Part shown: piece by piece, positions 1 through 13,300 of the stretch
How positions within the stretch are numbered: the first letter of the stretch is position 1
How the letters are laid out: every line of letters starts with the position of its first letter
Assembly: GCF_036321535.1 (NCBI RefSeq)
Contig: NC_087460.1
Coordinates: 4,960,001 to 5,024,000, forward strand
Direction of reading: 5' to 3'
Source of the DNA: Camelus dromedarius
Lineage: Eukaryota
DNA: 64,000 nt
Position numbers and translations under genes: made by a program
Notes under the pieces: model-generated
Databases searched by the model: none
Told to the model about the DNA's origin: nothing
The model's input: only the letters and a program-made list of their open reading frames with translations

Positions 1-1753
1 ACCTTCCTCTGATCTTTCTCCGTCCTTCACCTCCTCTCTCTGTCCTTCACATCCTTCCTGCCGCCCTCTCTGAGTCCCCAGCTCTTTCTTCCTGAACCCA
101 CCCCCGGGGCCTGGGTGGGGGTGGGTGGGAAGGGGGTCCAAGGCTGTAGGAGAGGGTGTGGGGGGGGCGCTCCTGACCAAATCCCTCCACCTCCCTCTGG
201 CTGGCCATTGCCATGGCAACTAGGGTGTATTGGGCTCCCAGGGAAGACAAAGGTGGGGGATGGACTAGGACCTCTGAGGGAGGGCAGGAGTCTAAGGTTC
301 TTCCATAGGAAATAGACCCTCCCACTGCTGTGCCCCATTCTTACCCCTTTTACCCCATTATGCCCATCCTTCCTACTTCCACTCTGTTCAGGGTTTCACC
401 CCCAATTTCCTCTTAGCCCCCTTCCCAGGGCTCAGTGAAGCCAGGAATCACCAAAGGCAGGACATCCTTCTTCCCATCGGAGGGAAACTGAGGCTGGGGC
501 AGGGGAGGAAAGAGTGGGGTCCTACCAGGGGGAGTCTGAACCCTAGTAAACACTGGGCTTTTCTTCTCAGCCTCCTTATTCCCTGCTCCCTCCCTCCATT
601 CACCTCCTCCCTGCAAAGCTTCCTCTCCAGGGGTCTCTGGGCTTCTCCTTCCATTTTCAGATACTCACTTTGCCCCCTCTTTTTATCTCTTCTGCTCAAA
701 CTCTCCTCCTTCCCCCCTAGTTTCCCTCTTTCCATTTCTGGATGCTTCTGATGTCAGCGGTTTCCCTCTCTTTGGGTTCCCTAGCCACCCCCCTCCTCGG
801 TCCCAGCCTCCTTTCTCCTGTCTTCCCAGATTCCCAGTGAGTGGGAGGGCGATTGTGCAGGCTCGGGGAGATGGGGCTGAGCACCAGGACCACTGGACCC
901 AGGAGCCTGGAAGGTTGGGGAGGGGCTGTAATATCACATCCCAGTTTCCCATGAGTCCTCGAAGAGAAACAAGTCATGCCTCTGCCATACATAGCTCTGA
1001 AGAAAGATTCAGGGATGAAGACAACAGTTGAGTAGGACTGAGCAAGGGACAGAAGGAGGGACCTGGGAGCCCCAGAGGGAGGAAAGATGGCTGACAAAGG
1101 ATGGGAGACAGGAGGTCAGAATAAGTTCTGGAAAGCGGGGTTCTTATCTGTGTAGGGTGTTGGAGTGGCCATCTGGTTTAAGGCAGGAGAATGACCCTGT
1201 GACCCCTAGTAACTAGTCATTTCTATAGTTTCAAGAGAAGGGAGACATTGGGAACCAGTGAGAGAGCAGCCTAGGCCCCATCTTTCCCCTCCCCCTCCTA
1301 CATCTCATCTCTCCCTTGCAGTCTGTTCAGGCAGCTGAGCCTCCCCCCACACTCCTGGGGGCACCCAGAAGAGCCCTGATTGGTCAAGAACCAGAGGAAG
1401 AAGAGACTTGGACATCCTGGCATGGGGACCAGGTCTCTGCAACCAGCCTCACAGCTGGGGAAGCAGTCAGCTTGCCTCCCCCGTCAACTGTAGGGTTACT
1501 TCAGAAGGGGCCCCACCCAGTATGGAGGCTGAGGACGACCTCTGCTGACCCTCAGTCTCCTCCTCTGCCTGCAACACCTGACCTTAACTGGGTCAGACAT
1601 GCAATGCTGAGCCGCAGGGTGGACCGAGGGGCAGCCTGCCTCACTCCCGGGCAAGGGTTGTGGGCATCATGGGGGTGTGTGTGAGTGGGGCTCCTGGGTG
1701 AGACCTAGCCCCCACCCCCAGGAGTTCGAGGGGGGTGGGGGGACTGAGGAAGG

Positions 1754-4700
1754 ATGGCTCGGAGTGGGGCGGGGGCGGAGGAGGCCTCCCTTCGCTCAAA
1801 CGCCTTGTCCTGGCTGGCCTGCGGGCTCCTGGCACTGCTGGCCAATGCCTGGATCATCCTCAGCATCTCAGCTAAGCAGCAGAAGCACAAGCCGCTGGAG
1901 CTGCTGCTCTGCTTCCTGGCAGGCACGCACATCCTCATGGCGGCCGTGCCCCTCACCACCTTCGCGGTGGTGCAGCTCCGGCGCCAGGCCTCCTCCGACT
2001 ATGACTGGAACGAGAGCATCTGCAAGGTCTTTGTGTCCACCTACTACACCCTGGCCCTGGNNNNNNNNNNNNNNNNNNNNNNNNNNNNNNNNNNNNNNNN
2101 NNNNNNNNNNNNNNNNNNNNNNNNNNNNNNNNNNNNNNNNNNNNNNNNNNNNNNNNNNNNNNNNNNNNNNNNNNNNNNNNNNNNNNNNNNNNNNNNNNNN
2201 NNNNNNNNNNNNNNNNNNNNNNNNAACAACGGAGAGCGCTACTATGCCCGCGGCTGCCAGTTCATAGTCTCCAAGATCGGCCTCGGCTTTGGCGTCTGCT
2301 TCAGCCTCTTGCTACTTGGGGGCATTGTCATGGGGCTGGTCTGTGTGGCTATTACCTTCTACCAGACGCTGTGGGCCCGGCCCCGGAGGGCCCGGCAGGC
2401 CCGGAGAGCGGGAGGCTGGGGTGGGGCCAAGGGGGGCGGGCCAGGGGGGTTGGGTACCCGGCCAGGCTTTGAGGTGCCAGCCATTGTGGTGGAGGATGCC
2501 CGGGGGAAGCGGCGGTCCTCGCTGGACGGCTCCGAGTCGGCCAAGACATCCCTGCAGGTCACCAACTTGGTCAGCGCCATCGTCTTTCTCTATGACTCAC
2601 TCACAGGGGTGCCCATCTTGGTGAGACTGGGGTCCCTCCACCTGCTCTCTCCAATACCCAGGCCCCAGCATGATCACCCGACCTCCAACTCCATCAGCCA
2701 CACAAGCAGCTTCATCATCTATCTTCCCTCCTCTCCCCAACCCCACTCCATTTGTGAGTCCCCATCTCCGTCATCCATCTTCTAGTTTCCATTACCCTCA
2801 GCTCCGTAGCCTTTTCTCCAGTTACCAGCACTCAACTCCATCATCTGTCCTTGGGTTCCACTCCCTGTCTTCCGGCTCCACCATCTATCCTGCAGCTCCA
2901 CTGTTCAGTGCCCCAGACCTATCATCCAGCTGCCAGGCTCCATTCCCCACTCCTGAATTTCCTCTAGACACAACAGGATCTTGAGCACTTCTGGTGGCAA
3001 CCCCAGAGAGCTCACCCCACCCACCCCAGCCTTCTGCATCCTCATCTGGTCCCTATTCCTGAATTTCAATCTGTCTTCAAGTTTACTGTACCGCCTCTGC
3101 TCCCTCCCTCTGGACCCCAGGGCTCTGTTCCCAGTACTGTCTCCTGACCTTCCTCTGAGTCAGTCCCTCCCACTTTGTTCATCGTCTTCATCCTTCAGCT
3201 TTGCCTCTGCCGTGATCCTATGTACACTGAGCCATCCCCTCCTGACTTCTTGCCCCCCAGCTACATTGGGATGTGGGATCTGGGGTCGAGTGAGACCCCT
3301 CAGCTCTGGGCCCTGACCAGGGCCTCTCCTGTCCTTCTGCCAGGTGGTGAGCTTTTTCTCCCTTAAGTCGGACTCCGCTCCCCCATGGATGGTGCTGGCT
3401 GTGCTGTGGTGCTCCATGGCACAGACGCTGCTGCTGCCGTCCTTCATCTGGTCCTGCGAGCGCTACCGCGCCGACGTGCGCACGGTGTGGGAGCAGTGCG
3501 TGGCTATCATGTCCGAGGAGGATGGTGACGACGGTCAGAGGAGGGACTGGGCTTTTGCTTTCCTGGGCATCAGCTTCCTTTCCTGACCTTTTCTAGCCGC
3601 CCTTCTCCGTGTGGGGACGGGCTGCCCTGGAGTGCCCCCTGCTGGACAGAACCTGTGCTGCCCCTGGGTTGATTCCAGGCTCCCCTTTTCCCAATCATCA
3701 CCCTTATGTACACCCACTGCTTCCTTCTGCACTGAGGGCTCCCTCCACTGGGGGTCAGTTCCCTCTGGAAGCCTACACTACCCAGCTCTGCCTCCAGAGT
3801 CCCAACACAACCATAAAGGAAGGATGTGAAACAAAGGGGGAATCTAAGCTTCCTGAGGGACCCCCCCCCCCCAGCTATAGACAGCTTCGGGGATGGGGGG
3901 GACTGTTTCAATTAAGTGTGTCTGTATGTATGAATGACTAGGGATTCAGCATTGGACACTACAGACATTAGCCACTCTTGCTTTCCTCTTGGAGTTCACA
4001 GACTAATGGGAACAGGAAGATTCCCTGGGGGAGCTTAAAAGGGGGTTGGAGCTTTTAAAGGGGAGTGGGAGGTGCGCATTCGCTGCCTGTGACCACTCTG
4101 CCCCTTTTCTCTCCTAGATGGGGGCTGTGATGACTATGCAGATGGCCGAGTATGCAAGGTTCGCTTTGATGCCAATGGGGCCACAGGACCAGGAGCCAGG
4201 GACCCCACCCAAGTGAAGCTGCTGCCTGGAAGGCACATGCTCTTTCCCCCTCTTGAGAGGGTCCACTACTTACAGGTATGGGACTAGACGGTACACTTCC
4301 TGTCCTAGGTACTTTTCTCCAGTCTGTTACCCAACCCCCTCCCCCATTCCCTATTCCTGGCCTGCAGGGCACATTAGGGGTAGGTGAAAGGAGGACGTGG
4401 TGAGGGAGGCTCCTCTTCAGGCCTCTCAAAACCAGGTTTGCCCAACAGAAGATGTTTTGCAAAAGTTTAAGGGGTGGCGCCATCGTGCAGAGGAACCCCA
4501 CTTTGGTTCCTGCCTCTAGCCGCTTGTCCCTGCAGCACCTCTGGGTCTACTTGCTCTTCTCCCCAGGTCCCTCTGTCCCGCCGTCTGTCCCACGATGAGA
4601 CCAATATCTTCTCTAATCCTCGGGCACCAGGCTCCTTCCTGCACAAGTGGTCATCCTCTGATGACATCCGGGTCCTCCCAGCCCAGAGCCGGGCCCTAGG

Positions 4701-5118
4701 GGGCCCTCCTGAGTACCTAGGACAAAGACAAAGGCCGGAGGATGAGGAGGAGGAGGAGAAGGCTGAAGGTGGGGGGCTGGCCAGCCTCCGCCAATTCCTG
4801 GAGGGTGGGGCTCTGGGGTCAGCTGGGGGACCCCCACGGGGTCCTGGCTTCTTCCGTGAGGAGATCACCACCTTCATCGATGAGACACCTCTGCCTTCTC
4901 CGGCTGCCTCTCCAGGGCCCTCTCCTCGCCGGCCCAGGCCGCTGGGCCTCTCACCACGCCGACTCTCCCTTGGGTCCCCTGATAGCAGAGCCATTGGACT
5001 TCCTTTGGGCCTAAGTGCAGGGCGACGCTGCTCCCTGACAGGTGGTGAGGGGAGTGCGAGAGCTTGGGGAGGATCCTGGGGCCCAGGTAATCCCATCTTC
5101 CCCCAGCTGACCCTGTGA
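1754..5118 (+). CDS. GPR162: G protein-coupled receptor 162 (orphan class A-like GPCR), 588 aa, 4 coding exons
   Basis: Exons 1754-2620 (contains N-run 2061-2224), 3344-3533, 4118-4275, 4567-5118; all introns GT-AG; 1767 nt = 588 aa + stop. Translation [24 protein letters not shown]...[12 protein letters not shown] matches GPR162 as I recall it. Confidence 0.97.
2061..2224. other. N-run (164 nt) inside the GPR162 coding exon
   Basis: Reading frame is preserved across it. Confidence 0.98.
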
Positions 5119-5309
5119 ATCCAAGAGGACCTGCTGGACTCAGAGGAGGGGGCCTGGGTGGGTAACACCTCGATCCATCACTGAGCCTGGGGCAGCTGCC
5201 TCCAGACTCCGGGGAGATGGGCACTGGATCTGGGGCCCTGGAACCCCTGCTGTCTCCCATCCAAGTGACCAGATGCCCTAATCACCTCCCATCAACCCTA
5301 GCAAAATGT

Positions 5310-5315
5310 ATTAAA
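5310..5315 (+). terminator. Likely GPR162 polyadenylation signal (ATTAAA)
   Basis: ATTAAA ~190 nt after the stop codon, followed by GT-rich sequence. Confidence 0.65.
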
Positions 5316-5899
5316 GTCTAAAGTGTTACCATGGAAACCTCTGTGTCCAGTGTGCTATGGTGGCAAAGGGATGGTCAGAGGCTTGGGGGTGGAGAGGCTC
5401 ACAGAGGACAAAATAGAGCAGGGGAAGAGGACAGAGGCACAGAAATACACACAGAGAAAGCCAAACAGGCAGACACACAGAAACAGGCTTATGACAGCAT
5501 GCTGAGCTGGGGTGGGGGGGCATGGGGAGAAACTTGGGGTTTTGGGGTGTGAAGGATCTTTGTTGAGTTCTGTAGAGATGCTTGTAGAGTAGGTCTCTAT
5601 CTCCCATGCCTCAACTCCCCTTCTTGCCCCAAATCTGTACCGGCCCACTTGGAAAGGCTTTGAGCAGATGGTGTCACAGGCCTGGAGTTTTCCCTCCTCC
5701 CTGCTGCTTTCTGAAGCTCTTTTTCCAAATGTGTGTGGGTGGGTAAGTATGTGGGAGGCACGCACACTCCTTTTTCTGGACCCAGGAGTGCAGGGGAACA
5801 GAGCTGCAGTAGCTACTCCCACCCCGTGGGCCTCAGGGGTTGGGGTCAGGGATCTAAGAGGCTCCTCACGCTCTCTCCTGAGCACCAGGCCTGCTCCAG

Positions 5900-7330
5900 T
5901 GTCAGCTGTCTGCCCGGCTCCCTTCACGGTCCGTTTCCTGTCCCGCACTACCCGCTGGTCCGAAAGCCCGCGTTCTGGAAGTTCTGCCTGACTTCCCCCG
6001 ACTCCTGTTTCTCTCTCATACCGGCCTCTCCCGGGGTTGGTTCTCGGCCTCATCAGCTCCCTTCGGCGACGCTCATTCCTTCTCTCTTCCTCTCCTCCCT
6101 CCTCTCCATCTCTCCTTCCTTTCCCCTCCCTCTCCCTTCCCCCTTTCCTCCCTCTCTCCCTCCGCTCCCGCATTTCCCTCCGGCAGCCAGCCGGCCGCTC
6201 TGGCATCATGCTCCGGCTCCTCCGGTTGCTCCTGCTCCTGCTGCTGCTGCCTCCCCCGGGGTCCCCCGAGCCCCCCGGCCTGGCCCCGCTGTCCCCCGGG
6301 GCGCCTCCTCAGGCCCCCGACTTGCTCTACGCGGACGGTCTGCGCGCCTACGCGGCGGGGGCCTGGGCGCCGGCGGTGGCGCTGCTGCGGGAGGCGCTGC
6401 GGAGCCAGGCGGCGCTGGGCCGCGCGCGGCGGGACTGCGGGGCGCGCTGTGCGGCGGAACCGGGGACCGCCCTCCCCGCCGCCCCGGGACCCGACTCCGG
6501 GACGAGAGCGGCGCGGGCCGCATGGGAACCGCTGCTCCTCCGCGCCGCGCTCCGCCGCGCCGAGTGCCTGACCCAGTGCGGGGCGCGCAGGCTGGGCCCG
6601 GGGGGCGCGGCGCGGCTGCGAGTGGTGAGCGCGCTCCGGGACGCCTTCCGCCGCCGGGAGCCCTACAACTACTTGCAGAGGGCCTACTACCAGGTGCGCG
6701 GCGGCCCGGCCCCGTGGGTCCTCCCCGCCCGGCTGCCGTCCTCCCCCCAGCCTCCTCCCTGCTCCCCGGGAGGGGCCGCGCGCCAGTGCCCGGACTCGGG
6801 TGGGGCTGTGTTGATAGGACCTCTCCTTGGGAGTCGGTCCTGTCGAACTGCGACAAACAAGCACCCACCGAGGTGGCAGAGGGACAACCTCGGGAGTGTG
6901 GGAGCAAAGTTGGGATGGGGGGCATGCGGCGGGGTGGAAGCAGATCGAAGATGGAGGGCAGGGGCCTGACGGTTTAGGAAGTCTGACTGAGACCTACGTG
7001 GGGTGACAGCCGCCGCTTCCCAGGAATGAAGCGGAGCGAGCAGGGGCGTAACGCGCCGCTGGAGAGAGAGCGTGGGGGCTGTGGTGGGGGGTGAGTGAGT
7101 GTGAGCCTTCGCTTGGGCTAGCGGGGAACTCGGGAAGGGAAGAAGACGCGGACGAGGATAAGGGGCCGCGTGTCCAGGGGCGGGGGCAGTGGACACTGGC
7201 AGCTTCTGGTACGGTAGCTTCTGGCTGCTAACTAACGCCTACGTGGCCGGGGAAGGGGGGCGTTGGTCACACGCACCTCAGCTCAGGGTCCTAGAGACCT
7301 GCGGCTTTTGCTGGCCGCTCAGGTCACCCC
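5900..7330. promoter_or_regulatory. CpG island over the P3H3 promoter, exon 1 and start of intron 1
   Basis: Very high GC and CpG density by eye; boundaries approximate. Confidence 0.85.
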
Positions 7331-10300
7331 GGCTTCCCCACCTCACTTAACCATCATTTCCATCTAGTCTCCCAAACTGAGGCCCCAGGTTCCTCTGCCT
7401 GTATCCCACCCACTCCAAAATCTTTAGACCCCCCCCCCCTTTCCTTAGCTACCAGACTCCTGAGAGTCCCAACATACTGGGGGTCTGGAGGTTGGGAGGT
7501 GGGCACTTCTGACCAATAAGTCTTCAGAAGGCTCTGGGGCAGTGCCAAGTGTGTCTAGGGTTGGGGTGGGCTGGTGAGGGGGCAGAGTCTGACACCCCCA
7601 CCTCAGGGCTGACTCCCTCATCCTTCCCGCTTCTCAGCTGAAGAAGTTGGACCTGGCAGCAGCCGCAGCACACACCTTCTTTGTAGCAAACCCAACACAC
7701 CTGCAGATGCGGGAGGACATGGCTAAGTACAGACGAATGACCGGGGTTCGGCCCCAGAGCTTCCGGGACCTGGAGACACCCCCATATTGGGTGAGACCCT
7801 CAGCATGGCCCCAAGCCTATCCCGAGCCTCTAACTGGCTGGGTACTGGACTGTGGCCCTGTCCACTGGGCATCAGGAAATCTGGGTACTGTCCTCGGTGA
7901 CCCTGGATGGGGAGTCCCTCTCTGGGACTTCGTTCTCTTCCTGAGGATCACTAAAGCCCTGTGTCCCAACATTCTGATTCTGAGGTTCTCCCTTGTATTC
8001 CCCAAGGACTGGGGAACTGGGACCCGGAGTCCAGGCCCCAAAGGGGACCAACGCCCCTCCCCTTCTTTCTACCTCCCAATCTCCTTCGGCACCCCCTCCC
8101 CCAGGATCTCAGGTGACTTACCACTCCCTCCACAATAGGCAGCCTATGACACTGGCCTGGAGCTACTGGGGCGCCAGGAGGCAGGACTGGCACTGCCCTG
8201 GCTAGAGGAGGCCCTGCAGGAGAGCCTGGCCCAGATGGAGAGCTGCCGGGCTGACTGTGAGGGGCCTGAGGAGCAGCAGAGGGAAGAAGATGAGCAGGAA
8301 GGGACAGGGAGCCAGGGGGGCCTCTATGAGGCCATTGCAGGTACAGAGCCGGGAGTGCGGGGGTGCATGGGGGGAGGCACGTCACAAGCTGAGTGGCTCA
8401 GGTGTGTCTCCCACAGTGCACTGGATTCGGGTCCTGCAGTGCCGGCAGCGCTGTGTGGGGGACACGGCCACACGTCCTGGTCGCAGCTTCCCTGTCCCCG
8501 ACTTCCTGCCCGGCCAGCTGAAGCGGCTGCATGAGGCCTATGCTCAGGGTCAGTTGGGGAAGGGTGAGCCCGGGGGATGACTAGGGTTGGAAACACGGAG
8601 AGTGAAGGTTTCTCTCTGATGGTACCCTAAGCCCCCTCTCTCCATCCCTCCATCTGTCTCTGCATCTGTAGTTGGTCAGGGCTCCTCGGGGACCGTCACC
8701 TTGGGAGGACTCTAATTTGCTCTCCTTTGGCACCATTGTGGAAAGCCCGGGATGGGGTCACAGGGCTCCTCCTGCCCTTGCTGCTTCTCACCCTCCTTTA
8801 CTCTCTCCTCTGCCTCCTCTCTGAACTCTGCCTGCGCAGCTCAGGTATGTTCCAGGAAGCTTTGGAAAGAAGCAGTGGATGAGCCTGTCTGCGGGTGGGC
8901 TGGGGGCTCTGGAGTCGGTTGGCACTGGGGACCACCTTCTCCGGCTCTGCCTCTGTCCCGCTGGCTTCTCACCTCCGCCCAGGGATTGCTGCGGCACTGG
9001 GTCTGTGTGCCCTGCCCCACACTGTTGCTCTGTCTCCAGTGGGGAATCTGTCCCAGGCTGTGGAAAGTGTCCTGAGCGTCCTGCTTTTCTACCCGGAGGA
9101 TGAGGCTTCCAAGAAGGCTCTGGACCAGTACCAGGCCCAGCTGGGAGAGCCAAGACCCAGCCTTGGGCCGAGAGAGGTAACTGCCTCCGCACTACCCTGT
9201 GAGGTACCCCTACTTCAAACAGATACTTGAGAGACAGCACCTGGAGCCCACCCCTATCCCCGCCAAAGGCCACCCCAAGCCCAGCATCTGGCTTGTCTCC
9301 ACTGCCCGCGCCCCACTTAGACTCTCCTTCTGAGTCCAAGCGCCAGCTGGGCCCCTCCCCTTAACCTCACTCCTGCCCGCCCCCACCTTATGCACGAGTG
9401 CACACACGTGTGTGCACACACTCACACACATACACACTCCCCCCTCAGTCTGAGCCCCGACACCCTGAAGCTGCTGAGGGAGGAGGGTTGAACCGGGGGC
9501 ACAGCCAGCAGTAGGGAGCCTGGGGCTCCTCCAGCCGTAACTTCCTGCACCCCCACCCCCGCCTGCTCCCTGTGTCCACCCACCTCAGGACATCCAGAGC
9601 TTTGTCCTTCGATCCCTGGGGGAGAAGAGGCAGCTCTACTATGCTATGGAGCACCTGGGGACCAGCTTCAAGGATCCTGTGAGTGACCCCACTTCTCAGG
9701 AGGGAGACAACAGTGATGCCCTACGTGGATGTATCGCATCAGTCCCCCCCCAACAGCCTTTCCTATTTCTCCACAACCCTGTGAGGCCTGAGAGGACACT
9801 GTGTCCCTGGGTCACAGGGACAGAGGCAGGTGCCTGTCGTTAAGGGCGGTTTTGGGGTCATGCGGTCCTCTGTGTTGGTCTCTCCTCTGCCACAAACAAG
9901 CTCTGGACCTTCACTTGGCTCAGCCTCAATTTCCTCACCTGTAAAATGGGAACAATCACACTTATCTCATAGGGCTGTTGAAGCCCCGCATTGGCTACAA
10001 AGTACAGACATCTCTGCTGCTGCTGCTTTTATTACTCTTCTTCTTGCTGCTGTTTTTATTGTAATGAGGGGAAACTAAAGGGCAGAGGTGACTCTCGCTA
10101 GTACTATAGCATTAGGCAGGGCTTCTCAACCTTGTTAGCGCTACTGACATTTTAAACCATACTTCCTTATTGGAGAAAAGGGATGATCCAGGAATGTGAG
10201 GCAGCCAAGGCCAGCTTCTCTGACCTCTTCCCAGTAGGTGTCGCCAGCGCTCCCTGAGTCACGACCATCAGCACTGTTTGCAGACATAGCAGTGTCCCCT

Positions 10301-13300
10301 GACTGGCAAATCTCCCTGTTTGGGAACCGCTGACTTAAAGCGTAGACTCTGAAGCTAGTTTAAATCCCGACTCTGTCCCTTACCAGCTGTGTGACATGAT
10401 CATGTTACTTTACGTCTTTGTATCTCAAAGTCCTCAACTGCAAAATGGGCACGTTAACACTGCCTGTTCGAGGGGGGAGGGTATGACTCAAGGGCAGAGT
10501 GCATGCTTAGCATGCATGGGGTCCTGGGTTTAATGCCTGGTACCTCCTCTAAAAATAAGTAAATAAATAAATACATAAATAAATACCTCCCCCTGCCACA
10601 AACAACAACAAAAAGCAACAACAACAAAAAAGGAAAAAGTACTTGTTTGATAAGCCTATTGTGAACTTTAAATGGCAAACCCCACTTCCATGTATAAAGC
10701 TCTTAGACCAGCACCTGGCCAATAGTGCCATGCAAGTGCTATGTTGTTGTTGTTACGTTATTAATATTGTTATTACAGAGTTGGGCCCAGTGTCCAGGGC
10801 TCCCGACAGTGAGTCCAGGGCTTTCCCACCTCCACCTTCTCCTCTGGAAGCAGGAGGACCTTCATGTGATTGTTCAGAGTCTACGATCAGGGATTCAGGG
10901 GTGGACTTGATGGGTGATGGTGCTTTTCCTGACTGTCCCAGGATCCCTGGACCCCGGCAGCTGTCATCCCGGAGGCTCTTAGAGAAAAGCTCAGGTAGGA
11001 GATGCCTGTGTCGGGAGGGGCGTGGCCTGAGCTGGAAGAGGATGGGAGGGGCCCGGGGAGGCCGGGTCTGGGGAAGATGGGTCTGGCTGGCCTGTGCCTC
11101 CACTGAGCATATCTCTCACCCCTGAGAGAGGATCAGGAGAAGAGGCCGTGGGACCATGAGCCTCCTCAGCCGAAGCCCTTGACTCACTGGAAGGGTGAGT
11201 TCCTGGGACAGCAGGAGGCAGGAGCCCAGAGAGGCTGGGGCTGCCCTCAGGGGACCCTCAACCCCCTCTGCCCCATCCCTCCCCTGCAGATGTCCTCCTC
11301 CTGGAGGGAGTAACCCTGACCCAGGATGCCAGACAGCTGAATGGGTCCGAGAGAGCAGTGCTGGATGGGCTGCTCACCCCAGCCGAGTGTGGGGTGCTGC
11401 TGCAGCTGGCCAAGGTGAGGAGACCTGTCAGTCGGTGGCACGGTGGCTGGCTGGGGACCCGCAGGCACAGCTGCCTTCTCCCTGGCTCTTGGCCAGCCTC
11501 CTGTCCTGCCCTCTGACTCCCCAGTGGGGAAATGGTTCTTGCCACTGTCTCACTGCTGTGGACAAGTTCCTTTTCCTCTCAGCTTAGCTGACATGGGCTG
11601 GACATTTTACAAAGGAATTTTCCTAGAGATTGACAGGAAGAACAAAACAAAACACAGAAAGGCGTTAAATAGGGGTGAGTGCTTGGTTGGCCGGGGCCTT
11701 AGTTACTGGCTCAGCCGCGGGCGCAGCAGACACACAGCCTTCTTCTCCATCATCACATCCCCTCCTAGTTTGGGTTGAATGATCCATATTCACCAGGCTG
11801 AGTCTGCCATTTTATGAATCTTCGGTCCTCATCCTGGGCTAGTATTCGTTCAACACTCACTCTTTGAGTGCTTGCTGTGTACTGGGAACTCCTAGGTTCC
11901 AGAAAGGTAGACAAACACAGACCGTGCATTCAGGAGCTCAGTGTATAGAGAAGGAATTGGACGTGGAGACACATAATCAGAGTGGGAGATGAGTTTGATA
12001 AAAGAAGTATGTAGTCATCCAAGTAGAAGCCCTGAGATGCAAAGTCATGGAAGGTTTATGGGAGAGGGTGGCATTTGAGCTCCGTCTGAAGGTTGAGTGA
12101 ACCAGGCAGAGAGGGAAGGAAAGTCAGGCTGCGAGGTAGCAGAATGAGGGGGGTCCTGGGAACGGCAGTGGAGCACAGGAGTTAAGAGCATGGGCCAGTC
12201 CCAACGGTGATGACCAGTGTGACCTTGGGCCACATATTTTCACATCTCTGAGCCTAGTTTCCTCCTCTATGAGATGGGGCTAAATGCAGCGGTTTTGTTG
12301 TAGGGTTGTTGCAAGGGTTAAATGAGTTAGCACATGGCAGAGCTCTTCGAAGAATCTAGAAAGTGTTCAGTATTAGCTGTCACCATTGCAGGCTGTGTAT
12401 TATCCAGAGGCAGTATAGGAGTGGAGGCACAGGAGAGATGGGGAAGGACCTCTGCACCCTACCGAGGACTTAGGACTTTTTTTGTAGTTGGTGGACAGCT
12501 TTCTGAAGGATTTAAGGAGGGGTTGACTTTCCTGTTGCTGTAGAACCTCCAAGTGCAGGATCTGGAGTCCCCATCCTGCAGGACCAGGAGCTCCCTCTAG
12601 AGGCACTGTGGAGAATGCAGTGGGAGAGGGAAGTAGGGGAGTTTCTGGGGTGATGCAAGAGCGCCCCTGCCCTATAGGGCCTCATTTCAAGGGGATGAAG
12701 ATGGGGACAGATGAGAAATATTTAGAAAATCAAAGATAGAGAAGCTAAGATAGAGGACTGAATCTATGTGGAAGACGATGAAAGAATGGAGTCAAGGATG
12801 ATCCCCAAATATCAGACCTTCTTCCTATTCCTTGATTACACTAAACTCATTCTGGCCTCAGGACCTTTGCACTTGCTATTCCTGCTGCCTAGAAAAATTT
12901 TTTTCTTTCAGATATTCCTTCATATCATTTAATTTAAATTTAGATGTCACCTCGTCAGTTAGCTGTCCCCTGACTCCTGCTGGGGGATGCTCAAGGTTGT
13001 AACCCTGCTCTAATTTTCTGTAACACTTATCACCATCTGAGTTGATCTGGTTTGTTTGTTTGTTTGTTTATTATTTCAAAATATAAACCCCATGAAAGCA
13101 GGAACTTTTCATGTTCATAGTTGAGTCCCCAGTGCCTAGAACAGTGGCTGACACATAGTAGATGCTCAGTACCTACTGAATGAATGCATGAATTTAGGAA
13201 TAGAGGGCTAGATGCCTTGGGTGGCTAGGTGGCCTCTAAGAGATGCGGTTTATATATGGGGTAACTAGGTAGTGGTACTCTGAGTTTAAAGAGGTGTCAG

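Noticed and set aside
870-900. REST/NRSE-like sequence (ctgagcaccaggaccact) upstream of neuronal GPR162
   Set aside because: Half-site spacing is off by one and the right half mismatches GGACAG; too weak to call.
5355-6977. Long overlapping ORFs around P3H3 exon 1 (414, 284, 263 and 239 aa, both strands)
   Set aside because: Stop-poor GC-rich shadow frames with low-complexity Pro/Ala/Arg/Gly content; only the frame from ATG 6208 splices into P3H3.
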